The position numbers and the translations under genes are program-made. The notes under the pieces were generated by a model, which was not told the origin of the DNA, searched no databases, and was given only the letters and a program-made list of their open reading frames with translations. DNA of 62,077 nucleotides, counting the filler, from Choristocarpus tenellus KU-1152 (lineage: Eukaryota; Protista; Phaeophyceae), in NCBI GenBank assembly GCA_964200185.2. It is 11 parts of 11 records of this genome, joined end to end, with 100 filler letters (N's around TTAATTAATTAA, not from the genome) between each part and the next. Parts side by side here need not be neighbours in the genome. Positions count along the whole stretch, not along the records: positions 24,022 to 28,775 come from CAXNAD020013183.1; positions 28,876 to 34,714 come from CAXNAD020009632.1; positions 34,815 to 38,977 come from CAXNAD020015897.1; positions 39,078 to 43,377 come from CAXNAD020015229.1; 7 more parts are not named here. One strand, given 5' to 3'. Position 1 is the stretch's first letter, and each line of letters begins with the position of its first letter. Shown piece by piece: positions 26,901 through 40,989 of this stretch.

Positions 26901-29900
26901 TCCAAGTAGTCATTTCCGTACTTCTTGGAACTCGTTTCCCTTCCCAACCATCTCCACACAGGACATATATAATCTGCCACACCATATGCATTGCCATTAA
27001 ATCTTTACAATCACCACAAGGACCTACTGATGAACTAAGGGAGCTAGCCCCATTAAATTTGGGCGAGGTCAAGGAAACTGAGAATGAGACTGCCAACGAG
27101 AATAGAATGAAGCATCCACCTTGACAAATGCATAAAGGATTTCTAATTTACCCTTTGTGAGTTTTGCCCTCTTTGTCCATTTGGGGCTTGGATTCCCATG
27201 AGTTTTTTTTTGACATTTTCCTACTCCAAAATATTTCGGAGTAGGTGAAATTTATATGTCATGAAAAGGTGTGCCCGGAACATGGGGATATTGACACTTC
27301 CTAACAAATACAATAGCCAAAATTACATCAAAATCGCAACATTGGATTTTGATCCCCAAGTGGATGCGGCTCTACCCTCTTAAGATAATTTGGCTCTTGT
27401 CATATATTTTGTTAGTTTCTTGCGTTGTACAAGTCTTGTACTAATATATGACCTTTTTTTTATTGTTCTCATTTCCACTCAGTTGCATAGCTTTATGGCA
27501 CCGAAGCATTCCCTGTTAAACCATATAGTCCTTGGTACAAGCGCATAACATCTTGGTGCCAGTGGTACATAAGTCTGAAAGAGTTGGATTGAGTGACATG
27601 GACATACCCTAAGAGATGACTCAGCACATCTATCCCCATTCCAACTATGTGTGCGGTGTCCTCTTCTTCTCCGACTCCTTTGATCAGTGCGTCATACCCT
27701 ATCAATGGAGTCCAGATCGAAGGGGAATGGTGAAATTAGGGAGAGTTGAGCGATACAAAGATGGGTAAGCCAATTTTGTAGGTTGCGCACTGCCGCCAAA
27801 TGTGCGAGATGTACCAAGGCTTAAGAGGTGGGAAATAGTGTGTAAATGTTTTTTGATGTGAACATCTTTCCTATTATAAACAGAACATCATAAAGGTCAG
27901 ATGAAACCAGTAGGGTGCCTTCACCCTGCATCTTATAATGTTCCCTCCAAATAGTTTTCCATACTGAACAATTCATGCTACTCATGTAACATTAATTCAT
28001 GCCTGTCCTTGAGCACATCGCAATTTAGAGTTTTACCCAACAATAGAGAGAGAGAGAGATTTTTTTTTTTTGCTATGCCGTGCTATACTTACCCACTTAC
28101 ATGGATATCTGCTGTCTTGAATATTGAGCAGAAACTGCACTGGATTTGAATTTCAAATAGAGTCATCTGGATTGGTCGAATCAGTTCAAATGTAGGGCTA
28201 GGAACTCCTAAACGTGTAATGGATTACATCGAAGCTTAAGATATGAAGCAGGTGCATAGGAGTAGCAATCCCTAAGAGTAAGATTAAGAAGCATAGCATG
28301 AAGATATATTTTCACCAGAAGAATTTTTAGTAGTAATAGTACTGAGTAATAATATGGGTACCTCTGTCCAGTACCTCCACTATATCTTCCATTCTTTGCA
28401 TATACTGTGTATAGTCCAGAGTACGTTTACATGTCTCCATGGTGACACACCTTTTGCCAAGATATCCATGAAGGCATTTGTAACTTGAAGCGCCTGTGGG
28501 GTGAAAGTGATGAAAACATTAATTCGCAATGAGGAAGAAGGGTGATGGATTCCAATATCAACCACAGTAACAATTGTGGATATTGGTGCCACATTTGCTT
28601 GCAATGGTCTTGACTGATCTTTTTGCTCAGCCTGAGTTCTTGAACTTTTGAAAGACGCTGTATAAGATTGATGAGAACAGCAAAGCCTCAAAGTATATAG
28701 GGGGGGGGGGGGGGGGGGGGGGGGCGGCCTTTGGGGGGCAATTTTTTTTTCGCCGCGTTTTTGGGGTGTGTGTTTNNNNNNNNNNNNNNNNNNNNNNNNN
28801 NNNNNNNNNNNNNNNNNNNTTAATTAATTAANNNNNNNNNNNNNNNNNNNNNNNNNNNNNNNNNNNNNNNNNNNNGTGATTGTGATTGCCCCCTTGAGCA
28901 AAAAAGAACTTGGCACCTTTTGACACTTTCACATATATGTTGTTTTTGTCGGAATTGGAAACCAGAGGGCAGACGTGTTGACAAAAGAACTTCCAGTAAA
29001 AAATTTAACAAAACTTGCAACTTCAAAGTTTTTTTATGGACATGTGGACGTATAACATACGTGTTGTTATGGGTATGTATAGGTAACGCTTTCTCATCAA
29101 GGAGGGGAGGATGTCGTGCTGATGTTTTGTGTATGTTTTTGTGTGTTGACACAAGCATACAAGACACTGACTTAAAGTTTAATGTACGTTTATTATGTAA
29201 TGTTTATTATGTAATGTTCGGTAAAATACATAATAATAGTAGTACCACACCACACAGCAGTAGTATGATTAGTCGGTCTTTGCTCGTATGTCAGGTCATA
29301 CCTGACAGAGGTAGGAGTGCATGAGATCATTAATGATTAGTGTGTGTTCACCATGTAACCCAGCAGCAGGTCTCGGCAACAAGCCATTTTTACGCGAAGT
29401 TTTCAAAAGATCAATGGAGGCTGTAAGGACGAGATTATTACGTGACATGCCAAATTTGACAACCCCAAAACAAACGGACCAACATCGAAGGGTCACTGCA
29501 TGCAACTGCTAGGACTCCTGCGTCGCGGAAAATTCAACTGTGTAGCGCCAGGATCCTCATCTTTCCAGTACACCACACAGCGTTGATATATTGCGAGGGT
29601 TCTGGGAGGTGAAAATACCTAAGAGTGACATACAAATGTCATTTTGTCTCGATTTTCTATGTAAGTGGGCTAAAAAACGAGTTCTGATGTCATTATTGTG
29701 GTAGTTACTTCCATAATACCTTTGTGTTTTTTTTCATTTTTTGCAACTCACACCTGTCTCATACATCAAACTACCAATGTACATTTTCTCTTCCATCAAT
29801 AATTAGAGCTTTCAGCCCTTTTGTACTTTATTCGGTACCTAATCGTGCTCGCGGCTAGGGAGGATCAAGCCCATGAACTAGACCTTTAGCGAGCGCGAAT

Positions 29901-31296
29901 GTTCGATCAACTTTGAGCTCGATATCACTGTTTACATGAAGGCGAATGCTTTCTGCCAACAATGATGAGGATATGAGGTTGGATTCAGAAGAGTATCCTA
30001 ACCACGAGGTGCACAGGGATGACAATACCAGCAATGATGAAGAACATGCTCCTGGAGGAGAAGGAAATGATGCCACGCATCTTGATCTGTGATAGAGGAA
30101 GAGGCAGAAACGGATAGTTGTGGAGTGCAGGGGCAATTCTTACTTATTCGTCTGTGCAGATGACTTCCTTTTCGATTGGTTTCATCATTAATATTGCACC
30201 ACTAGCCACTTCTAATGGGCGATGACGGGAGTCGGAGATGGTTTGACTAGCCCCTAAGGACTAATACATATACCTTCGAACAGTATGATGGTGGGCCCTT
30301 TACTCTGGGTTACGTCTGGACTACGTGGTATTCGCACCTAAACGGAGGGTAAGGAAGGTCGAAGAGAAGAATTCGAAGATGCTGCACGAAAATAAGAACA
30401 AGGGATCCCAAATCACCCAGGGTGTTGATCTCGAATCGATATAGTAGAAGAAGAAGAGCAAAGAAAGGGTAATTGAAACTTGAGAAGAACTCAGGTAGAA
30501 GTCCATACTACCCCACAATTTGGAAGCTATCAAGGAGGCTGGGAACTCAAGGACAATAAATATTGTACTCAGACAGCACAAATGGCCTCTGCCACCACTA
30601 CTACAACCACTACAAATACTACTGAGAATTAACTGGTGGTTTGATCGACAAGTGCGATTTCGAGGCATTGTAGAGCCCATGATCCCCTGTGTTATGTCCT
30701 TTTCCTTCTCCCATCCACCCCTTCTTGCAAACCCCTCTTCCTTCTGCAGTTTTTCCTTCAATCTACTTCGTCTTTTTGTGTATTTAAAAATGTGCTATTT
30801 TGGTTCACTTTTGTGCGTTTCTCTTTTCCTATGTTTCCCAATGTGATTCAAGTTACATCTCCTAAGTGACTCCTTCCAGACTACCACAACTGGGCAGATG
30901 AAGTCTACAGCAAGTGTGGTCAACCTTCATCGTACATCCGTTCTCATGTGTTTTCTAACTCCTATATTCACCGTCCGTTCCTAGGACATCTATCACTGCG
31001 GAAATATCAGTGAGGCTCATTCCCCAGAATTGTTTGTGGTGCCCCTTCTGCTGTTGTATGCAAGTGTGTAATACGAACGTATGGATGTATGTACGTATGT
31101 GTATATATGCTGTTTTGGTCAAAGAGGTTGAGGTGTGTATGATACCACCACTCCTACTTTCTTTCATTTAGTATTATCCTCGTTGTTGCAACTAATCACA
31201 TGGTGATGAAAAAGATTTGGCGTAGTGTATTTTTCGTGTTTTGTTTGTCAATTGTACTGTAGGTATGTCATACGCCACATACTGAGAACGAATAAT

Positions 31297-31555
31297 GAAT
31301 AAAAGTAAGTGAGATGTACCCAGGTTTTGACCGTTTTGCATTTTAAACCAATTTTCCAATAATACGCAATTTACTCGTATTTCTATGGATAAGTGTCAAG
31401 TTTGACTTGAGAGCATTGATTTATCTATTGTTTGAGACTTTTCGACAGAATTCAGAAAAGATCCGACATGCATCTGAAAAAAAAGGCCATTTTTTTTTCA
31501 TATTTGTCACCATCCATAAAATGAAACTCTGGTTACATCTCGCTTACCTTGAGTC
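31297..31555. mobile_element. MITE family G (259 bp); second copy at 60900-61164
   Basis: TIR GAATAAAAGTAAGTGAGATGTACCCAG / CTGGTTACATCTCGCTTACCTTGAGTC; 3-bp flank duplications AAT/AAT and ACA/ACA; interiors align (TATTTCTATGGAT..AAGTTTGACTTGAG). Confidence 0.72.
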
Positions 31556-33938
31556 AATACCTCCAAGTATGCAAACAACACAACAAAACAATCATCCTAC
31601 TATAGCTTCTTTCTTTGTGGTCGCAGCTAAGCGATAGATAAAACTTGCCATCCATCTATATACACACCATCTGATATACAACATCAATAAATTTGAGATG
31701 ACAGGCAAGAATGGAAAGGTGTAGGCACTCTGGGAGTAGATGCCACCAAGAAAGAGAATTGTTAGAGCCATTTGATGATCTCTTCCTTAGCTAGGTTCCT
31801 CACCGAAAAGAAACTCCATGAGCAACAGAAGTGCTGATTTTGTTTCACATCAGAGAATGAAACGCCGTTCAAATTTCAAATTTTGAAATTCCACTTTGAT
31901 CTTCAGTATCGCACTCTAATATACCATCTTACTTTGTACCGTTCCTGTATTTATCAGAAAATACATTCGACCTTTCATTGTCTATTTGACAATGAAAAAT
32001 ATCGACAGGCATATCTTCCTGCTAATTTCTAAGAGGCTGAATCTCCTTATTTACACAGCAACTCTTAATTGTAATAATCAGAGGTAGATATCCTACCCCT
32101 TTCAACTGAACCACTCTGGACAATGGCCACCAAGAATGGTGTCAAATGCAAAATACTAGAAATAAGAACACAACTAAGGTACCAAGTATGTGACCTCGAA
32201 ACACTAAGTATCCTATCAACTACGTTTTATCCTTCACTAAGGAATATACATCCCATGCCATTCAACACAAAAAATTTCACTTCCTGGGGTCCCCTTCAAG
32301 CTGATCCCGCAACTTACAAGAAAATATCGGGGTAAGGAGAGAGGGGGGGAAGTCTGATATATTTCAACTACCAACAGCTTCGATCTGAGGGATCGCTACA
32401 ATATTCTTGTACAATGAATATTTGAAAGTAGATACTATCAGATCATACTGAGTCAATAGGGTTCACTTGAAACCTACAGTCACTACTGTTGGGTTGGTCT
32501 CAACATGAATCCCATTCACCTCAAAAAAAGGATTGTGATTGGTGCTAGCCACACAAAACGAACCTTATAGATCCTCATTGTCACCAATACTACATCCAAC
32601 TCTTCTTCTGGAAGACATTGCAAGATTTGGTGCTGTTGACCTTGCGAAGGGATGACGCGTAGTTTCTCCTGTCACTGAGGGCTTCTGGTACAGCACGTCC
32701 ACTTACCCGGCACACCCACATGTATTTGGCGACATTCACTGGCATAGTATCTGGCGTCATATCCAGTGGGTCTGTTGGAATCCAATATATCAAGTTGTAC
32801 ATATGACGCCTTGATGGCATCACAAGGAGGTTGGTGTTGACATGCCGTCAGTTGTGTGTCTCAACAGGGCATGCTTTACTGTACAAACTATTATCAGAGC
32901 ACAGGTAATATATAATACACTACATACACCAGTTCTACAGTCATCAATTTGCACGTTACTGGTTAATGGGACACCGGTGTTTGTGCTGTGTAATTTGAGG
33001 CACATATGGTTGCAAAATAGACATTACCATCTACAGTTATCCATCATCGATACTCATCTCAAACAAGTCTGGACATACATGTTCTCCAGGACAAGATGCG
33101 CCATCTCGTTAAAATTCTTGAGTAAATTTTGTATTGTAGTGTTAAATTCAAAAAGGCAAAAAAAAAAGCTAAGAATCAGTGGCAATCTCAACTTTGCATT
33201 CAATGAATTTGTGCTCTAGGTTTCACATATGGCTATGCAGAATGTAGCTTTATCAAATCAACTTGTACTTCTGATGCCATCCACATTTGATAGAACTACT
33301 CAGAAACACCGTGAAGGTATTGACCTTGCCACGTTGATAGGTTTCTTGTCTCAATGGAGGCGTCACATCCAACCATGTCACAGTTATACAGTTGATACCG
33401 AATAAAAGCTTTCCATATACCCATGTGTAGATATTCAATACGTTGGGGAGTCATTGAACTGAGATATCGTTATATCCGTATGGATATTTCATGGATGGCA
33501 TGGGGGGGACAAGGAGAAACATGCAAGACAGAACACAATAAACGCAACAAAAGGTTCTGTGGAGCTTACAGTATGGCCCTTCGTATGTACAGAGTGAGTT
33601 GTAGTACATTTGAAACGAGAAATCAATGCCTTCCACACTACCCAGGAGTATGAACTTCAATATAAAGCTTGTAATCTTGTGTGCAAAAAAGATACGGAGG
33701 GGATGGTTTAAAAAAGACAAACAATTGTTCTGTAGAACAGAAGACAAGTGTTGTCTGATGTGCTTTGACATAGGAAGTTTCTATCAGAAGATTAGTTTTA
33801 GGAAAAAATATAGAGATAGTGGTGTCCAATTGCCAATAGACTAGAACCCAATGACCAACAGGTTGGTGGTGTGATAGGGTATGAACAAGTGCTTCTTGGC
33901 AAAGGTACCCCTCTTTGGCGAAGGAACTCACTCCTGCT

Positions 33939-34455
33939 GAGCGAAAGTATCTTAGAGGGTACGATTTTTTCCCTGTTTATCGATTTGGAGCTTGGCTTCC
34001 CACGGGTTTATTATGACAATTTACCTATTCCGAAACATTTCGGAGTAGGAAATGTGTGAGCCGAAGTATCTCAGAGGGTAGAGCAGTGTCCATTTGGGGG
34101 TCAAAATCCAAGGCGCGATTTTGATGTAATTTTGGCTATCGTATTTGTTAGCAAGTGTAAATATCCATCTTCTGGACACACCTTTTCATATCATACACAC
34201 TTTACCTACTCCTAAACATATTGGAGTAGGAAAATGTCATAAAAAATCCGTGGGAAGCCAAGCCCCAAATGGACAAACAGGGCACAACTCGTACCCTCTA
34301 AGATACTTGCACTCTGTACGTTATGAAAGGGTGTGTCCGGAACAAGGATATTGACACTTCCTAACAAACATGATACCCAAAATTACATCAAAATCGCAAC
34401 ATTGAATTTTTTCCCCCAAACGGACACGGCTCTACCCTCTAAGATACTTTCACCC
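33939..34455. mobile_element. MITE family A copy containing a second family-A copy (34058-34314) in inverted orientation
   Basis: Outer copy has perfect TSD TGCT/TGCT; inner copy has its own TIRs and TGT/TGT flanks; removing the inner copy restores the normal collinear element. Confidence 0.9.
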
Positions 34456-37400
34456 TGCTCTTCATCCTACAAGGGTAAATAACTGATACTTCCAGTACCT
34501 CACTTGGGTCAATACGGTTAAGAAGACAGGGGGGATGTCATTTTTTGAACCGCAACCCAAACTACAGCCATGGCAAAGTTGTGCAACGGTTAACTGTATG
34601 CTCTGCAGAGGTTGACCAAGGTGAAGGATTCCCAAGCTGGGAAAAAGAATCACTCACGGTTCAAAGTATCCAGGGGGGGGGGGGGGGCGGCTGTGCATTT
34701 TGGGGTCAATTTTTNNNNNNNNNNNNNNNNNNNNNNNNNNNNNNNNNNNNNNNNNNNNTTAATTAATTAANNNNNNNNNNNNNNNNNNNNNNNNNNNNNN
34801 NNNNNNNNNNNNNNCCCTCCAACATCGCTCCCAGTGGTGGTGGTGTTGGTGTTGGTGGTGGTGGTGGTGGTGGTGCCCCCAGACTCTCCGGAGCATCTAC
34901 CCTGGACTTAGCCCTGGATCTCAAGCCCAGCCAGCTGAGCAATCCCGTTCTCAACAGTCCCCTTCTTCCTCCCTGCCCACCCTCCTTGTCCTTGTCATGC
35001 CCATTCCTTACGGCACCGGCACCCACCGCCATCATTGCCCCTCCCACCGCCAATACTGAAGCTGCGCCTGCAACAGTTGCCATACCAACCGTGGACCACG
35101 CACCAACCTTGGCAACCGAAACGACTCCCCCAACTCCCGACAACACTCCCCCCGCCCTGCAGGCCAGGTGCACAGCCCTGGGTCTTGAATCCAACCCACT
35201 CTTCACGAGCGACTGGATATCCCGTGTCACCCGTGAGTGCAAGGACTTGTACATCCACCGCCCGTTGGAGCGAAACAGGGGTCCACCATTACCAGTGAGT
35301 GCTGAAGCCTTCAGCAGAGGAGGGGGGAGCCTGCCCCTGCCCCCTGGGTAAGCACTCCATGCCGTGTTGGACGCGATCCATCCTGCCGCTACTCCCTTTG
35401 CTTTCCCCTTTCCCATGTCCACACAGAGGGGAGGGTGCCTGTTGTACAAGTCCGAGATGCCAAGGCATTCACGACGACTGCTACCCTGAACCGCCCGGAG
35501 TTTGCCACCAACAGGGGGGTGGCAGAGGTGGTGGAACCAGGTCTTTTCTGCTAATGCCATTGGAGGAATAAAACAGAGAGGTCGGCAAATTTGGTCCCCG
35601 TGACCCTGCACATAAAACAATGTAAAGTTGGGGTGGGGGAGGGGGGGGGGCAAGTGTGACCGGGGGATAGAATTATGTATATTTCCACAAGGAGAAAAGT
35701 AGTGAGCATGGAATACATTTAACATTCTTCCTGATCCTGTGCATGTCAAGAGCATTCCATGCGCCATTGAGTTATGGCACCGGGAAGTTGATTTTTTTTC
35801 AGAAAGGTAAGTTACACAACACAAAACACACAACACACAACTGATCTCATCATTGAGTACGAAAGGCAAGACCTGTAGTTTCATAGGTATTTAGTGAACG
35901 GGGTTCAACATATCATTTGCCTACCACAATCAGACGCTTGTTACTAAGGGGTATTCGAACAGGAAGAAGAGACTAGTAATGCCTCAAGCTTTCCATGTCC
36001 GTTGTGGTTATCACTTCAATAAAAGGCAATATTCACCAGCTGAGTTGTTAGCTGTCTCCGAGCAGTGAAGATTAAAATCACCAAAACTACCTGGAGTCCT
36101 GAATTCCACCTACACAGGGTAGGGGGTGAACCTGTTCCCCTCTACAGGAACAACTACTCAAGGAAGTTACGTATTATGGCACTGCCTCATTTAACAGGGG
36201 GCACAAATAAACATGTTGTAGTACCGACAATAGATTAATTCCATCTCCTGTGAGATAGGCCCGAGGGTCAAGCTCTTGCGAATGTACCGGTATCAAGCGC
36301 CGTACACATATAATGTGCAACAAGCTTAGCCTCGCAATTCAGATTGCCTGGTACAGCAAAAAATCGGACGTTATAGCAAAAAAGCGTGTCTACAGTTCAT
36401 AAGGATAAGGGGTTTGTATCAGATATGGTTATTTATGCTGATATGGGCCCTTTCCACAGAATATTTGGTCAGACAAACAACGCATAAGAGTACAAGGTCG
36501 ATTCCATGCACAAGAAAAGTACGTCACATTCCTAACAAAGGACGACGTTGGCAGTAACGTGAAGATGGAGTAAAAGCGGTTTTTCATTCTAATAGGTTAA
36601 GTTAAACATCCTCACCAAACGAGGACTTTCCACTCTTAATCGTTTCCTTCTTCGAGAAGGATGAGAGGGTGAGCCACTCCAGTTATCAATCTGTAGGTGC
36701 ATATCTGTGCAGGATGGCGCTGACACAGTCTCATCAGGACAACGGTTTGCAGCTGACATGGATAACTTGTTGCCCGGTGCACTACTTTCTCCAGATGTGG
36801 GAGAATTAGGGGACCAGGGGGCAGTCACAGTAGCCATGGCCTTCCAAGTGAACGCATATAGTTGCAGTAGTCCTAAGACCTGAAGGAGCCGGGACCATTG
36901 GCACACCATCCTGAAGGGCACTAGCTGACCCCCAACCACCGAGGTGGGGGTCAAGCTATCTCCGTCTTCCTTCGCACCCTGAGTACCCTTGTTAGGGCTC
37001 TCTGTCCCTGCTCCAAGCTTATTAAATTGGATTGAATAACCAACCTCAAAAGTTACAAGCAACACTAACTCTATTGATCTTCCATAATTTGAGATAATAA
37101 TATATAATCAAATGTAGTGTATAAACTATTGTATTTCTTTGAAACTGTCTGGTTTTGTCTTGTATTGCGGTACGTTACCTTGTCAATTGAATTATATTTT
37201 TCTCTTTTCTCCAGCATGTACGGTTAGGGAATAGAAGGAGTTCAAACAGTATCAACCCTCCCACCAACAAGCAAAGTCAAGAGACGACGAAGATGGGTGC
37301 AGGCCGGGTCCTGAGCCTTTCTGCCCTCATCGTAGTGTTATGTTTATGTGGAGAAGATTTTCATCCGCTGGTGATGGCTCGCACTGTGTTGGGTGATACT

Positions 37401-40400
37401 GATATCCTGCAAGACAGGACCGACGAAATCATGGCCAGGTTGAGGACCTCCATGGTGAGATTGGGGGTGATATCGGGATGGCTAAATCCCTTGTTAGTAC
37501 ATTCTTCTGTTCAGAACCTAGATAATGATGGGTTGGGTTTTGTGGGGGTGTTGCAGCTCCTGATACGGGTGTGTGCTTGTAGTGATAGGGCAGGGCTTAC
37601 TGCATCTGAAAGAGGAGAAAATTGCTCAATGTACCTGTCGGGATGCTCCATCTCGGGTCATAAGTATGTGTGTTCTTATATTATCTTGGCGGAGTTCAGA
37701 CGTTGCCTTTCGCCCACACTGAGAGTGCGTTCAGGACAGGAGGATCGTCTTTTTGATTGAAGGGTAGAGAGACTCCTATCAGTGCACTCTTACTCTATGC
37801 CATCTGTTGGGGGTAGTTAGTCTGAGTGCATTGTTTCCATTACTGTTTCCAGTTTTCCTTCAGTCACAAGATTGTTGTCCGCTTGCTACAGACGTGATAT
37901 GAAATGCAGATATACAAGCGCCTAGAAGTCGTGCTTCCTAGATTGGTCGAACCTTCTTGTCACTGACTCGATCGTTCACCTTTGAACTATACAACTTATC
38001 TCAAAGGTTTGCCAACTGTACAAAGGAAATCAAACTCCTCGCTAAGTATTGGTGCACCTTCCCTCCCCTCCTGTCTATCAGAGTGTCGATTTTTTGGAAT
38101 CTGTATTGGTTGAAGCGAGGGAAAAGGGAGATGCCAACAAGAATAAGGAAGAGAATTCCTGCGCGGCTGACGTCGATTCAGGAGAGATCTGCATTGCGCA
38201 AGACCAGGGGAAAAGGGATGATCGAGGACGTACATGGCCAAGCTATACCATGACAAATTCATCTGGCGTCATCCATCACTGCACAGTAAGCTTACAGCTC
38301 TCTCCCTTGTGGCACTTAATCTCAGAAGAAGCAAATAAGGCACTACTGTAGTTGTTTGTGTTGTGCTTTGCCCTCCTCCACTCTTGAAACACCATTTCAC
38401 ACCCATCGTTTTGACCCTTCTATTGAACACCATCTGATAGCAAAGCCCAAAGTGCCCCTGTGGTTAAGAGGTTTTCTGTGAAAGAATCTAAAGACACCAA
38501 TGGCATTGTAGCACAGTTTAAAGTTACTCACTTGGGAATGTCATAGAACCTGCCAAGAGCTTTATACAACAGAGAGTGAACAAAACAATAATTTTGCACC
38601 TTTTGTTTCCTACTACACACTGTTCATAGAAGGTTTTCATTAGCCTGACCCTAGACCTGCACTTCTCTAGCACTCCGATAGTAATAAAATGTTTCTTCAA
38701 CATCACTTAATTCCAATATTCTGATCCATCCCTAACCTGCCATCTCAAACACATTATCTTGTTACGTACATACTTAAATCTTCTTCATGTGTACTAATAT
38801 CAACACTTGGTGTGTACTTGGTGTGTACAGTACTTCAAAGCATCTCCTCATGCGAACATATATGTATATCTTTATAACCCAGTATCGTAAAGGACAACTT
38901 TTTGAATAGTGTTTTGTCATTTTATCTTGCATATGCGGTACGCTTGTTGCTCTCTCACCCCCCCCCACCCCCCCCCCNNNNNNNNNNNNNNNNNNNNNNN
39001 NNNNNNNNNNNNNNNNNNNNNTTAATTAATTAANNNNNNNNNNNNNNNNNNNNNNNNNNNNNNNNNNNNNNNNNNNNTTTTTTTTTTTTTTTTTTTTTGT
39101 GTGTGGATGTATTTTTTCCCTTTCCTTTGTGCTTATCTGCAACCCTTGGTTTTACCCCCCCCCCCCCCCCCCCCCCCCCCCAGATACTTTGACCCATTGG
39201 TTTGATTCACTGGATGGTAGTACTGCATCTCTTAAGCTTCTCAACCAGATTAGAGATTCTTGAGAACTTGGTGTATGTACCACTCTCATGCATTTGACTA
39301 CATGTATTCCCTTTCAATGTTCCACAATTGGTGATTTGTGATACTGGTCGATTTGGCAACACAATGAATATTGCTGGTGTCTTAATGGGCCTATGGTGGT
39401 TATGGTTTGGAACGCGGCATACAGGAAGAATGAAGGAGGAGAGGAAATATATATCTCTGGCTCAATTGGCGGAGAAACAACTTATCAAGGAAGTAATAAC
39501 AGAAGCGAAGGGCTTGACTCTGAGAATCGCTTTCATGAGGAGCTGTGGCGGAGTGTGAGGGATGTAGAAGTCCGGGCTCATTGCCGCCTTCCTTCCACCG
39601 TTCCTTACTTCCTCCAAGATCTTCCATGAGGCATGACTTGTATTGGAAGCTCATCAAAGTGATGTGCTCGTCATCTTCTGGTATTATCACGATTATATGT
39701 GTGCACATGGTTCATTACCTCCTCATTCCTGAAAGTGGTTCTTGTTCTTGCGTACTCACATAACCTTTTTTGTAGTTGCAGTGGAAAGATATTCTAATGG
39801 GTAGAAATGGTGACAACAGGAATAATTGCTCTTTCTCAGTGGTTTCTACTGTTAGTGCTGCTATTTACTTCCAAGTATTAATGGTTGTCATCTCTTATTG
39901 TATATGGGTGTACCGATAAATGACAGGCGGCATTATCATATAGGTCAGGACCACGTAGTCGGAGTATATGACTTACCAATGTCCTGTTCGAAATTAAAGT
40001 GTGGAGTTTTTAAGTATATCTTAGGGTCCTGAGGGCTTAGACAGGCCTTCTCCAATGCATGCTCTCTCCTCTTTTTCTGTTGTGGTCAAGGTTTCTTGTT
40101 CTGTTGTTACACATTATACTAACCAAATGTGCCATCGCCACAGATATCATGAGGAAAGTGTGCTCTGTTGTACACGTGCTTCATAGATCTGCAAAAGGTG
40201 TATGTCTTTGTCGAGTGTGACTTTTTTTTTGCCTGTATTGGTCAAGTTTGTTGTATTTACCACTATGGTCTCGGTTATTCTGCCAGTTCCATGTAGGAAT
40301 AGTTTCATCCTCTTAAACAGATGGATGAAATGGAGAGCGTGGAATGGTTCGGTGTTATTCAACCTCTTCTGCACTACAGTGGTTCCAGTGGAGATTGTTA

Positions 40401-40503
40401 TTTTTAGTGCAAGAACAGGGTGTTCCTGAAGAATTTTGTCTGCACCAGGAAAATGGACAAGAAAAGCCAGACCATTGGGAAAGGGAGAGAGAGAATGGAA
40501 ATA

Positions 40504-40676
40504 GGCTCAAAGTATCTGGGGGTAGGTGGTGGCAGTCCATTGGGGCCAATTATATAATGTCACGATTTTTGGGTGATTTGATTCCGTATATTGGATGGAT
40601 AATGAAAGTGCACTTTTCCTGGTTATGGTTCAAATCGACACCCTGGTGTAGACCCCCCCCCCAGATACTTCGGGTC
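40504..40676. mobile_element. MITE family B, full copy; partial copies or ends at 5997-~6105, 8598-8617, 16157-16186, 28685-28775, 34658-34714, 39155-39195, 50734-50811, 50912-50941, 54937-~54980, ~55200-55239, 59625-59724
   Basis: Same TIR, 4-bp TSD AATA/AATA; shared interior GTCCATTTGGGGYCAA...CGATTTTTGGGTGA...GGATGGATAAT. Confidence 0.88.
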
Positions 40677-40989
40677 AATACCTAGACAGATTTGCTGTGG
40701 TGCATGACTTATTCTGATGATACTGGCATTGTGTTCAAGTCACAAGAGAAGTTGTTGACATGATAGTCACAATTATCACAATGTACGATGCCTTTCGGAC
40801 TGACAATGTTTGAAAAGAAGGCAAAGACCATGTCCCTCAGGGTCTATCACAAGGCAGCAGTCATAGTGCAAATGAAGGCTCGAGGTGAATAGTACTGTCT
40901 CTGTGCCGTAAGTCTGTGCTGCATTGTCCGTAACATTTGAAGATGATGAAATACATTTCTGAAAGAAGTTTTGGAATCCTTGATCAACT

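Noticed and set aside
34815-35884. 373-aa minus-strand ORF and overlapping plus-strand Pro/Thr-rich ORF
   Set aside because: GC-rich, low-complexity sequence open on both strands, with in-frame stops in the more plausible frame and no recognisable motif.
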